Assembly: GCF_000485595.1 (NCBI RefSeq)
Contig: NW_014577086.1
Span: forward strand, 635,885-668,191
DNA length: 32,307 nt
Direction of reading: 5' to 3'
Origin: Priapulus caudatus
Lineage: Eukaryota
Of the stretch, positions 20,280 to 32,307 are shown one piece after another (position 1 is the stretch's first letter; every line of letters begins with the position of its first letter). The position numbers and the translations under genes were made by a program. Under the pieces are notes generated by a model that was given only the letters and a program-made list of their open reading frames with translations, ran no database searches and was not told the origin of the DNA.

Positions 20280-23200
20280 AAAGAGAGATAGATAGATAGA
20301 AGGGAGGAGAGGGTCGATATAATTTTATATATATATTATAGTATAGATAGATAGGTAGATACATAGATAGATACGGTAGAATAGATAGCATGAGATGGAT
20401 GGATGATGATGGATGGGAGATGTGCGATGGATTGCCATGGAATGGTGTGGGACAGCAATGAAGAAGAGGAGGAAGGGCACTGGCGTATGGCATTGGCGAT
20501 GAACGAAGTTAGTGAGCAGTGCGACAGAGAGGAAAGCGGAACCAAGTGGAATGGATGAGAGGGGGCGGGTCATGGATGAGCCAATGGACTCGGTAAGAGG
20601 AAGTGCGTGGCGAGACCCCCAGCAGACAGTCAGCCGCGCGAGGGCTGCGAGTGGAGGCAGGATGGGTTGGCGATGGCGCGATGGATGCGATGAGGATCGC
20701 GAGGTTAAAAGGAGCGAGCCAGAACGGCTGTTGACATGGCGCGGACAACAGCGCGGTTCGACGGCGAAACGATGGGAGGAATAGCTGACTTTGACCAAGG
20801 GAGTGCAAAGACGGACAGGCAAATGGGGGAGATAAAGCCGCTCATGCTGGGCGGCGACAGCGGGATGCGAGTGCTGAGAAGCGCGCACTGATGAGAGGCT
20901 TCGCAGGACAACAGGGTCTAACAGATGGATCAGCGAGGACTTGGGGCCGACCCATGGCAGAGCAGGGAGCATGGACCACACATAGGCAACAACCACATGA
21001 GACACAGCACATGGACACACACACACACGACACACAAGCACACACAACACACACGCACGATGGGGATGGGACGACTTGAAGGCGATGTGAGACACAGAAC
21101 TGGGGAGACACCTAGTTTGGTGATGGATGGATGGGCGACGAATGAGGACAGAGATGGACAATGGAACTGGGGCGCAGAACAGGGCAGAAGGATCATTGGT
21201 AGGCCCAAATGGCGAGACATGCCTATGACAAGAGAGAGGATGGACTCAAGATGGCAGAGACGAAAAAGCAACAATCCCAATGAATGGATGCGTCGTCGTC
21301 ACATGCGTAATGGTGAATGTAGGCAAACCACAGACGAAGCACGAAGCAACCACTCGTGAACTGCATAACAGCCACAGCGCGATGATGTGATGTATTTGCG
21401 GAGACACCGCTTGGGAAATGGCGACCACTGCGAAAAGTATGAGGTCCACAAAGACGGGGGAGCGAGAGGGGGGCAGCGAGTGAGAGGGGAGCGGCCGGGA
21501 CGGAGGGACTGGAATGGATGGAGTGGGCAAAATGGCTGCAGGGGAGCGAAGAGGAGATGAGCGACAAACAGGAGGCGGCAGGGATCGAACGACAATGGGA
21601 CACATGGAAAAGAAACGCCGAAACCAGGCCGATGTGGGCCGCGGAACGTTACGGGGGATGCTGCTGGCACTGGTGGTCGCTGTACTGGACTTGCGCGGAC
21701 CTATCGCGCAGAGTGTGGGAATTGTGATCGCCCGGATAGGCGCGACTAGACCACAATGGGGAGAGCGAAAAGCTGGATGAGAAGAGATGTGGTGTGCGTT
21801 GAGGGGGGCGCCGGCAATCGCAATCACCAATGCGTCGCACCCGGGCAGCCGGTGGACAGGCCGCCCGGGAGCTCGACTTTCGGGTGGTTGCATGGGCCAT
21901 GCGCGGCAGGGCACCGCGAAATGATGGCGAATAGGGGGCTACATCGAGCGGCGGACGTAAGAGAGAGATGAGGATTGTCAGTCGGGGCAGAGTGGCCCGT
22001 GGGGAGAGCAACTGGAGACCGCGAGCAACGGATACGCGGCACTCGCGCTGGCCGGCGCGGGAGGACACGAATGAAGCCAGGCGATGGTGAGGCCTGTAAT
22101 GCGGACGCGAGTGGAATGGGATGGAGATACGTAGGCACCAACAGCGGGTGCCGGAAAAAGAAGGGGGACAGCAAGCAATAAATGGAAAGTGACCATGGCC
22201 TCATGGGAGGAGTGGGAGGACCAAGCAAGGCGGGGGGAAACGAAAGGGAGAGCTGGTGCCTGAGAGATGGTGCGCACCGAATGGAAACACGAACAAGAAG
22301 GAATACACACTGAGGAGAGTGGCGGCGAGAAATTGGCACTGATGGGCTAGCAGGATGCGCATGTTAGAAAAGAACAGAGAGCAAACCGAGCGGGGCAAAA
22401 CAGGCAGAGTAGATAGTGGTGGGTGCGAGATGCACGGCCATGAGGGGGGGGGCACGAGCGGGCGCGAGAAAGGCGTGGGGAGGGGGGCGCCGAAACCGCA
22501 CGGAGTAATGAGGGGGAAAGAAGCGAAACTAGGGAGATAGGAAATTGGGGAGGGGGCCCACGAATTTAAATGGTCGCCGCGAGGGAAAGCATGGAGGAGA
22601 AGATGAAATGATTGTGCATGGGGGGGGGAGGCATGTACAGGTCCGGCAAGGGGAATCCTCTCACGCCGACGGGGGCGAGGGGGGAAAGGGGTGGGGAGGT
22701 ACAACGGCCAGACAGGCGCCCAGAGCAGGCTCGGGGCCAAAGGGGCAATGAGCGGGACACCATAGAAGCGAAGAGTGACGTGAACAAGCGATGGAATAGA
22801 GATGCAGAGAAGAGGGTGGGGAGCAATATGGATGGATGCGATGTAATGGATGAAATGATGGATGAGAATAACGATGGATGGATGGATGGGAGAATGGGGA
22901 GATAGTAGGCGGCCGCAGAGGGCACCCCCGATGGGACCATGCGAGATGGGTCGAGGGATCGGGGCCGACAACACAAAAGGAGATGGAATGGCATGAGGAT
23001 GGAATGGATGGCCATGATGGAGTGGAGAGAAGGCGTGGGGGTACATGGGTGGCCATGAATGGATTTCGATAAATACGATAACATAATAAAGGGTAAATAA
23101 AATAGATAGATAGACTACTATAGATTAGTATATAGATAGGATAGATACGATAGTATCAGACTTAGATAGATAGATAGATTAGAAAGATAGCGTAGATAGA

Positions 23201-23333
23201 AATAGATAGATAGATGAAGATAGATAGCGATAGAATAGATAGAGTAGATAGATAGATAGATCTATATATATATATATATATATTATATAGATAGATAACT
23301 AAAGATAGTTAGAATAGATAGATAGGATTAGAT

Positions 23334-23368
<35 letters not shown>

Positions 23369-23440
23369 CATAGAAATTACCATAGAATAGAGTAGATAGA
23401 TCAGATAGATAGATAGACTAGACTAGATAGATAGATAGAA
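20280..23440. repeat. Purine-skewed low-complexity block bounded by (ATAG)n and (GGAT)-like tracts; probably low-quality sequence
   Basis: Strong G/A skew, decayed ggat/atag units at both ends, no recognisable protein. Confidence 0.6.
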
Positions 23441-23887
23441 ATAGCATGAGAAACGTTTAGGAAAAATGTATTGAAGTGTATTGGAAACATTGTGTGGGAC
23501 AGGTACGTTTTTGTTTTCTTTTTGGAAACTATATGCAGAAATCGAATAACAGTAACATAACTAGGCCCAATAATAGGTAACATACGCGTTGGCTTAAACA
23601 TCAATTCAACTTCGAAGGCCACAGTACAGTTACCTTGTAGTTAATCGCTGTGCGCACATTGCATGCTTGCGTGCCATGATGATACGCGAGTGGAATGTGC
23701 GCGTCCCTCGCAAATGGCACGCAGGGAGCGCCCGCGCGCGCGTGTGTGCGGTGCCGTGACGTAGTGCGTGCGTGCGCTCACAGTGGACCCGAAAGCAGCC
23801 GCGCTTGTGTGTGTGTGATGTGTTGTGTGTGTGTGTGCAGGCGCGGGGCCCCGACGCTGTGTGTGCAACCTCACCGATGTGGTTGGG

Positions 23888-24046
23888 GTGTGTGTGTGTG
23901 TGTGTGTGTGTGCGTGTGCGTAGTGCGTGTGCGTGTGCGTGTGCGTGTGCGTGTGCGTGTGCGTGTGCGTGTGCGTGTGCGTGTGCGTGTGCGTGTGCGT
24001 GTGCGTGTGCGTGTGCGTGTGCGTGTGCGTGTGCGTGTGTGTGTGT
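23888..24046. repeat. (GT)n/(GTGCGT)n microsatellite
   Basis: Direct reading. Confidence 0.95.
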
Positions 24047-24156
24047 CTGTCTGTCTGCTCAATATTTTTGCAACCGTTAGAGGTAGAACCTTCAAACTTG
24101 GTCCAGAGGTGGACCTTAGGGGCGGTGGAACCCTATTGATTTTGAGTGCCTTTTAT

Positions 24157-24198
<42 letters not shown>

Positions 24199-24637
24199 CA
24201 TTCATCAAATGTGAACCTGTGACCCTTGACCTTGGGTAGATAGATATATAGATAGAAAAATAGATAGATTGATAGATAGATATGCGCTGAGTGCGAGCGT
24301 TCAGGTGGGGAGAACTTGATTCCACAGCCAGCGCGTGTGACCTGGCGAATCCACTGCAAGGTTACGTGACAGACTACTGTATCCCTTAGCCTGTGGTTGC
24401 GTGTTTGTAAGTCTACAGCCAGCGCACATAGCGGAAGTGAACTGAATCGTGCATGTTTTCCAGAATGATTTTCCATTAGATTTTCTAAATATGTTTTTTT
24501 AAACATTTAACCCAATAAATAACAAAAAGCAAAGTGTTAGAATCGAACCTGATGCGTAGGAATGAAGCACGAAAGATTTCAGCCGTTATGCAGGAACAAA
24601 CAGAACGACACTACTCAAATTATTATATAGATACGAT

Positions 24638-24727
24638 CAGGAGTAGATAATAGGGAAATTATTATTCCTATTATTACTATTATTACCACTATTATCCATA
24701 TTATTACTTCCCTATTATCTACTCCTG
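24638..24727. mobile_element. 90-bp mini-MITE with perfect 20-bp TIRs
   Basis: caggagtagataatagggaa / ttccctattatctactcctg; atacgat duplicated at 24631-24637 and 24728-24734. Confidence 0.75.
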
Positions 24728-25791
24728 ATACGATGTATGCACGTCTGAGATGATTTCGCACGCCTCGGAGCTATATATGGTCAGGAGTATTGCACTACAG
24801 GAACGAATGCGATCCAAAATGCATGTAAATTCCTATCTATGTGTTTCTGGTAAAGATGGATTGGTAAATTATCTTACTTCCAGTAATATTTTCACAAGAA
24901 AAGAGGGAGTCCGAGAAAAGGGTTGAGACGGACGAATGAGAGAGACGGAGAGAGATGGGGGTGGAGTGCGAGATTGGGTGATTGGTTGCGAAAGAAAGAG
25001 AGATAGAGAAAACATGCGGCGAGAAAGGGAGTAGTAGAAGGAGCTAGGGAAGGAGTGGAAGGAAGGGAGGGAGGGTGGGCAGGCGGTGTGGGAGGGGGAT
25101 AGAGAGAGGAAGGGAGGGAGACCGGGAGATATGGAGGGAGGTAAGGCTGGATACATCTGTGATAACCCGTAAAATCGACTAGTGATACTACCGCCAATGT
25201 GGCAAATCATTAGCATAGCAGATAGCAGAAATTACCAATGCTATAAGCACAATGTCTGTGTGTGGGTGTCGGATCTCTTCCCAGCTAGACTACTAGGCCG
25301 ATTTTACAAACATACGTGACATGCAGACCAAGCGTCTAGCCGGCCTGGCTCTAGCCTGAAGAAATTGCTTTCCTTTACAACGACAGAATTTGTAGACACG
25401 CGAAAAACAGAATTCGCTAATCAGCTAATAGATTTGCGCCATCCGGGTCGCACAATTTTTTTCCCACGCGAGTTCCGGAATACAGCCAATCAGCGCACTT
25501 CATTCACTCGACTTCCTCGAAGCAACAATGAAAAATGAAACAAATGTCACCTTATCCCTATTCAAACATTTTCGTTTCTTTCATAAAAATTCCAATGTTC
25601 TGCAGCCCAAGATATATTCACAATATCATTTCTTTGCACACTATCACCGTTATGGTAACATACGTAAACATAGCGCTAGCTGTAAAATTGACTTTACCAT
25701 ACGGTGACACCTACTATATTTCATGTTCTGCTATGCCAACATAATCGTACATGCTAATTCATCACAATCATAGCCTCACTTATGACGCGAT

Positions 25792-27099
25792 TATAGGAGT
25801 GTTTCGCGTGACGTCATAGATCAGGTCACGTGTATTTGTTATGTGTCATGGTTGGCAGAAGCGAAGCGTGCTGCTTGACATTTACAGATGAATGACCACA
25901 TGTTCTGATAGAAAGCGCTGTTTATGTAGTGCACGTACACGTGCGTGCTGCGTGCATGCGTGTGCACGTGCGCGTGCATGCGTGTGCACGTACACGTGCG
26001 TGCATGCGTGCGTGTGTGCGTGCGTGCGTGCGTGCGTGTGCACGTACACGTTCGTGCGTTCGTGTGCACGTACACGTGCGTGCGTGCGTGTGCACGTACA
26101 CGTTCGTGCGTTCGAGTGCACGTACACGTGCGTGCGTGCGTGTGCACGTACACGTGCGTGCGTATACATGTGCGTGCGTGTGCACGTACACGTGCGTGCA
26201 TGCGTGTGTGTGTACGTGCGTGCGTGTGTGCAGGTACACGTGTGTGCATGAGTGCGTTGGTGCGTACGTGCGTGTGTGTACAGGTACACGTGCGTGCGTG
26301 CATGCATGCATGTGCACGTAGACGTGCGTGCGTGTGCACGTACACGTGCGTGCATGCGTGCGTGCGTGCGTGTGCACGTACACGTGCGTGCATGCGTGCG
26401 TGCGTGCGTGTGCACGTACACGTGCGTGCGTGCGTGTGTACGTACACGTGCGTGCGTGCGTGTGCTTGTATCGAAGTTGGTGCACGTATTCGTGCGTGCG
26501 TGCGTACACTGCGTGCACAGGCTGCGGCGTGCGTGGCGTTGGCGTGTGTACAGTAGCAAGCGCTTGCGTGGCGTTCGTCCGCCGATGCGGTGTTGCACAC
26601 AACGTGCGTACATGCGTGCGTACGTGCGTGTGCAGGTACACGTGTGTGCATGCGCGCTGTGCGTGCGTGCGTGCCGTTTGCGATGTACACGTGCGCGCGT
26701 GCGTACCTGCATATGCACGTAACACATGCGTGCATGCGCGTGCGTGCGTGCGTGTGCACGTAACACGTGCGTTGCATGCGTGAGTGCGTGCGTGTGCACG
26801 CACAATGTGGGCGTGTGCTGGCGTGAGTGCGTGCGTGTGCACGTACACGTGCGTGCATGCGTGCGTGCGTGCGTGTGCACGTACACGTGCGTGCATGGCG
26901 TCGCGTGCGGCGTGCGTCGTGCAACGTCACCGTGCGTGCATTGAGTGTGCGTGTGCGTGGCTGCGTGCGTGCGTGTGTACGTAACACGTGCGTGCGTATG
27001 GTTGTATCGAACAATATCACGCATCTGCTTGCTGCCAACCGTTAAACTGCGCATGTGCGCATATGACGTCAATGTTTATCAACATGAAACACTCCTATA
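25792..27099. mobile_element. TIR-bounded element filled with a GTGCACGTACAC/(GTGC)n minisatellite
   Basis: tataggagtgtttc / gaaacactcctata 14-bp TIRs with subterminal tgacgtcata; array ~25929-27000. Confidence 0.65.
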
Positions 27100-27589
27100 G
27101 ATCGATCATTAATAACCATACGCGTTACTGTTTAAATTTAAACAAGTATTGATTATGAAGCTTTACGAACTCGACAACCGAAGATACTGCGATAAAGAAT
27201 CATACACATAGGATTTGATTGAAATCAAACAATAGAATATAATTTGTCCTTTAACAAGAACTATTGTATCAACAATCGTCCAGGAAGAGATAACAAGTCT
27301 AATGCAAGACTGTACAAAAAATTAACTTAACAGCATGTCCCCAAATCAACCGAAGCTATCAAGAATAGCTTATATATCATAACTTATAGTACAATAATTA
27401 GAACAATATTATAACTTATAGTACAACAAGTTTAGTCGATAAATTGGAAAAGTCAATCTTCTGAGACATCTTCTTCGGCGTCCCCTACCGATCCTTGATC
27501 TTCCTCATCATCTCCGGTTCCTGGTTGCCGGTTAAACTTACAGTCTGGTTCTCACAGTTGTCACAGCCACAGAACATCAGTACATCATT

Positions 27590-28685
27590 CTACTACTTTC
27601 CCCATCCCGAAGACACTTACATCATCTTTGATGGATTCCTGCAACCCAGTACTAAGGACATGGTACACACAACAAGATGCCCGGTATCATCTCTAGAAAT
27701 AGACATAGCGGTTGACAATGTTGCGGACTGTAAGTGTAAGCGGGAGCTGCTGCTCTCGAATCCAAAAAACAAACACAAGTTCATTGGCTTGTTGATGGAG
27801 GGGCTAGAAGTGGAGCTCTACCACGTTAGGCCAGTGTGTAGCTGATGCAGACTCATATTGTTGTACGAAAAGCAATGGAGCTCTCTGAGAGAAGCCATGG
27901 TGTGGTGGTTGCTCGAGGACAGTGACATCTTAGTTATGATGCTTCACCACAATTGCGCTCACCTAAGCACTGCGTATCATCTGAAAGCAACCGGGGAACA
28001 CCGTGCTGGATATCGGATCTCTTGCCCAAGCCCTCCCCGAGTCTAGCACTCAACACGCTCCCTTCTCAACCATGCAATGTCGGGGTGTGACCACAACATG
28101 CAGATTTCTTTGGCTTCGGGGTAAGACGGCGTTGTTCAAGTCAAAGATCCTGGAGAAGATGACAAGCGGCACAGCCGAATTTTACTGTAGGCAGGAGTCA
28201 ACAGACCGGATTGTTAAAGCAGGGAGTGGAGATCATTATTCCAGATGTACACCCAAGTCAACAGACGCCTCCCTTGCTGTCACTAGACAAGTTGCGCCAC
28301 AAGCTCTTCCTAAATGCTCTGCACAAGAAGAAAGGAGCTGTACATAGAAAAGTTGACCACAGACGGCTCCCTCCACACTCCTCAGGCTGCGAAGTACACT
28401 TGTCTCAGAGGTGTACCATCAGGTACAAGAGTGGCTTATTGTAACACTCTTGACCCCTCAGAATATAGGGTGGTTTCTGAACTCGCGATGGCAAGTATGG
28501 ACCCCCTCTACACAGACAAGGGCGTGGCACTCCAATTTTGCTCAGATCCATTAGCTGTGGGTGTAAAGTGATACTGATGTGATTTTCTGTGGCTTGACAA
28601 ACTCCGTGTGATAACCAAGCTGTAAGTTTTAACGCGGCAAACGCAGGGAACACGGAGATGATAGGAATGATCAAGGTCGAGTAGG
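27590..28685 (+). pseudogene. Academ-like transposase C-terminus (XPG/PIN-like nuclease + Cys cluster), heavily frameshifted
   Basis: Across frames: YIIFDG..STKD, LSNPKNKHKFI.LL, ADAD, EDSDILVMMLHH, HAMSGCD, LDKLRHKLF, LPP..QAAKY, VYHQVQEW, LDPSEY, SCGCK. Confidence 0.72.
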
Positions 28686-31619
28686 GGACGCCGAAGAAAG
28701 AGTGTCCCAGAAGATTGACTTTTCCCAACAATTTTTAATCCCCGACTAAACTTGTTGTCTATAGTTATATATATTGGTACTAATTATTGTACTATTAAGT
28801 TATGATTATAATAGGACTATTTTTGACTAGCTCGGGTTGCTTCTGGGGCCAATGCTGTAAGTTAATTTTTTTAAGGTGCATTGACGCTTGTTAACTCTTT
28901 CCCCTGACGACTGTGATACAAAGTTGCTGTTAAATTAACTACGCGCCAACAAAGTTATATACATCTTTCTATTGCACTCAATTGCTATTCGGAGTCATTG
29001 ATCCATCACCAATCAAATCCATTCGTACAATCGATTCCTTATCGAGTATCCTCTACAGAGGCGTGACTCGAGAAGGAACGTCGTAAAGCTTCATAATCCT
29101 ACCGTGTTCTCAAATTTCCACGACAGTACACGGCGCTCAATCGGTTACTCTCAATGATCGACTATTCTCACGGTCAACTCCGTCTCACCGGATGAAAAAC
29201 TCACTACTCCTGCGTGTTTAAATCACACACCCAACATTCGATCGGGCATCCAACAAAGCGCGAGGAAAGCCATACCTCAAGCATTGCGACAGGTTAAGCC
29301 AACATACTCCCGAGATCGCTCCGGGAGAAAGCAAAACGGAAGGAAAAACCATCCGGAACACCTCTCTCTGCGCTCACCCCCCGCGCCGGACGCTCGCGAG
29401 CTTCAAATTGAGCTTACACTCGTCGACATTTCAACCACCGCCACTCTCAACGTCTCATTTATGAATAAATGACTGTTGGAATCGACTCCCCGTCCCAAAA
29501 TACCCCTAGTAACATGTATAACATGACTATAAAGTGTTCAGGTAAGCATTTACAATATTTCCCATAATCGCGAAAAGTGAAAAAGGGCGTGCCCGCGTAA
29601 AAAAGTTTCCCGACCAACAAAAATTTTGTAACTTTTTTTGTTTTATATGGACCGAATTACCAACACATTAGTGAAGAATCAGCTTGTTTTTCACCGCCTC
29701 GATTTCCGTAGAGTGCACGGTGTGAGGTGACTGACCTATCGCTTGGATGTGTGCGAGGAAACCACGCGCGTGTTTGTTTGAACTTTACGACGCGAGTGTG
29801 TGGCACCCGCGGTATATTTTGGAAAATGAGCATCATGAGTGTGCAGCCCTCGCCATGTCGCGGAGAGAATATGTGGGTAGGTTTGCAATAGTCTTGCTTT
29901 GTTGTTCCAGATGGGGTTAAATTATTACGAATTTTTTATGTTTGCGTGACGTAGAAATTTCTCGGCTGTGACGTCATGTGATCTGTAGGTTGAGTTGGGC
30001 TTGAGAGCGACTGACATTACAAGCTTGTAATGTCTTTATTATTACTGATCCTATGACAGTGCAATACGTACCTTAATTATAGGGCCTAACACACACATGA
30101 CACGTGCCACACACACACACACACACACCAACCACCATCCCAGCGCCCCGACCCACCCGACACTCCGCACCCCAACCGGCACCCCGCACCACACCGCCGC
30201 GCCACGCACACACCACCGACACCCGCCCGTACGCACGACAAGAAGCCACGGGCGAGACACAGAAACTTAATATAGTCACGTAGTCCTACCCCTATCCGAA
30301 GCCGTACCATACTATGTTGACCTGCCGAAGCATCGCGCCGACGCCGCGAGCCCCGGTGTTCGTGTTTTAGTATAACATAAGCAACCGCAACAAACTGTAG
30401 GGCGGGTATGCTGTTGACCGAGAATGCACTCTTTCAAGCCTGCGAACGTAATATATACCCATGGTAGAGAGCGAGTTTTATGCCCCGCGCCCTGACGGCT
30501 ATGATGTTAGTCATTTAATGACAGACGTGGTGGACAGTGGCGGAGGTGACTGCGTGTGCGTGCTGTGACGTAGCGTGAGTGGATCGACGGTGGGTGCGTG
30601 GACGTTAGTAAAGGCCCTGCGCAAACACGTGATTATTTTCAGCTCAGTAAAATGACTTCACGTGTCGGCGATTTCGGTTGAGTATTTGACGGCGCCAGCA
30701 TGCGTCATTGTTACTCGACGGTGTGCGGCCGGTTTTTCGTTGAGGTATTTGCACGGCATGCCGTCATTCTATTCACATGGTCTGCGGCGTCATTTTCGCT
30801 TGAGAGCTAATTTTACTGCGTGGCGTCGATTGGTTACTTGAGTAAACAATATCTCAGGCGTGTGCGCGGGGCTTTTAAGGTGGTTGGTTCGAAACGTTCA
30901 ACCTATGGTGTAGATTTCCAGTGAGAGAGAAAGAGAATGTGAGATGTGATCGGTATGTACGTAGGCTTTACATTACTGACCACGCACACGCATCCGGGCG
31001 AAACTTGGGTTGTTCACGCCTAGATGCTTAGGTATAGACTGTTCACCGCTCTTTACCTTTTGTAGTCAGAATCACCGATGGTGGAGTAGGACCGAGGGGG
31101 CACCAGTCTGAACTTGACAATCAGTTCTCAGGTGCAGACTGCTGCAATATATTGTATACTGCACATCTAGTGGGCCTCACATTGGTGGCGTACACATGCT
31201 GTATTTCTGTACCATGGTATGCTGCACGCATGTTGCCATACTGTACAGCGAGTACGTGTTGCACATGTCTGGACTGCCATATCGGCGCTGCACATCGGTG
31301 AGGCTGATGCACTGTATGTCTTGATTTATGTTGGAAATGCGATATTCTCATCAACGCCAAGATGTTTACTGCCTTCCTCGTGTGGCGGCCTTATATAGAT
31401 GATATCTATATATAATAATAGATATAATATATATCCATATCGACATCTATATAATATAGTATAATATATATCATATATAGGTACTGGCCTTGCCCTTCGC
31501 ATTGCTGAGGACTTATTTGTGTTAGGTCTAATTAATGAGATAATCCTTAGAATAGTTAATTTTGTTATATCTGTGAATTTCTTCGTGTAATCTGGTAATC
31601 TATGATCTGGCCACAAGCT

Positions 31620-32110
31620 CGGTATAACATTAACGTGTTACCTTGTACTGCTAGTTATAGTGGTAGCAACTAACGTGTTATTGGTACTGCCTACGTATAA
31701 GTGGTCACAGATAATGCGTTGATTGTACTTCCTAGTATACCGCGTACACATTAATGGCGTTATGTGACCGCTCCTAAGAATACGGTGTCCTAACATGTTA
31801 TTGTCTCGATACGGTATAGTGGTACAATAACGTGTTCTATTTGTAACTCCTAGTATAAGTGTAGGCAAATAATGCGTTAGGTGTACTCGCCTAGTTAGTT
31901 GTAGCAACAATACCTGCTGTTAATGTGATAATCTTCCTAGGTATAATGGTAGCAGCATATGTGTTTATTTTACTCCTAGTACACGATCGTACATATTGTT
32001 TTATGTAACTCGGTTGTACAGTGGTACATTAACGGGTGTTATTGTACCTTTAGTATAAGTGGTCGCATACATGTGTTACTTGTACTCCTACGTATAGGTA
32101 GTGTTCAGCA
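31620..32110. repeat. Degenerate ~38-40 bp minisatellite
   Basis: Recurring ctagtata(a)gtggta(g)caataacgtgttattgtact-like units. Confidence 0.75.
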
Positions 32111-32307
32111 CACCCCAGATAATTCATGCCGTAAAGCCGTGTTACACTTAGTTAGTAGCCGTGCTCTTTTATCATTAAAGCTGTTTGGCGCTTGTAGTCC
32201 GCATCAGGAAATATCTGGTTAGCAGTGGATGCTAGGCCTGTTTGGTAACACCATGGTCTACGCAGTGTGGTAACACTGGTTAAGCATGTGTCAACGACAT
32301 GGTTAAG

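Noticed and set aside
20325..23084. Many overlapping GC-rich ORFs suggesting a foreign or bacterial insert
   Set aside because: No recognisable domains, strong purine skew and decayed microsatellite borders; better explained as low-complexity or noisy sequence.
25839..27072. Long 300-400 aa ORFs
   Set aside because: Translations of the (GTGC)n minisatellite, open in nearly all frames with H/T/R/A/C/V composition only.
30990..31023. Possible Helitron 3' end (hairpin then CTAG)
   Set aside because: Hairpin is imperfect and the region is too noisy to define an element.
31620..32110. CRISPR-like periodicity
   Set aside because: Tandem degenerate units without unique spacers, no cas genes, eukaryotic context.

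Overview
Eukaryotic, repeat-rich genomic DNA, probably from an invertebrate animal, with two N gaps. Much of the right third looks like error-prone, unpolished long-read sequence. Two convergent intron-containing genes can be spliced by hand. One is the 3' part of a DDHD1-type intracellular phospholipase A1 (+, 9 exons, 192-6171). The other is an apparently complete C1D/Rrp47 exosome cofactor gene (-, 5 coding exons, 13868-9914). The rest is mobile DNA: three truncated Penelope-like (GIY-YIG) retroelements, a tRNA-derived SINE with a Deu/Nin-like domain, a Vingi/Ingi-like LINE 3' end, a Helitron RepHel relic, an Academ-like XPG/PIN transposase relic, several MITE/foldback elements and micro/minisatellites. 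The best find is that all three Penelope-like copies share one architecture: an inverted pseudo-LTR, a 33-34 nt tail and a 12-bp target duplication. They also carry a minimal type I hammerhead ribozyme with a non-canonical U3-A8 core. PLE hammerheads are a known class, so this is a variant of a described system and not clearly a new one. All family assignments come from motif recognition, not database searches.
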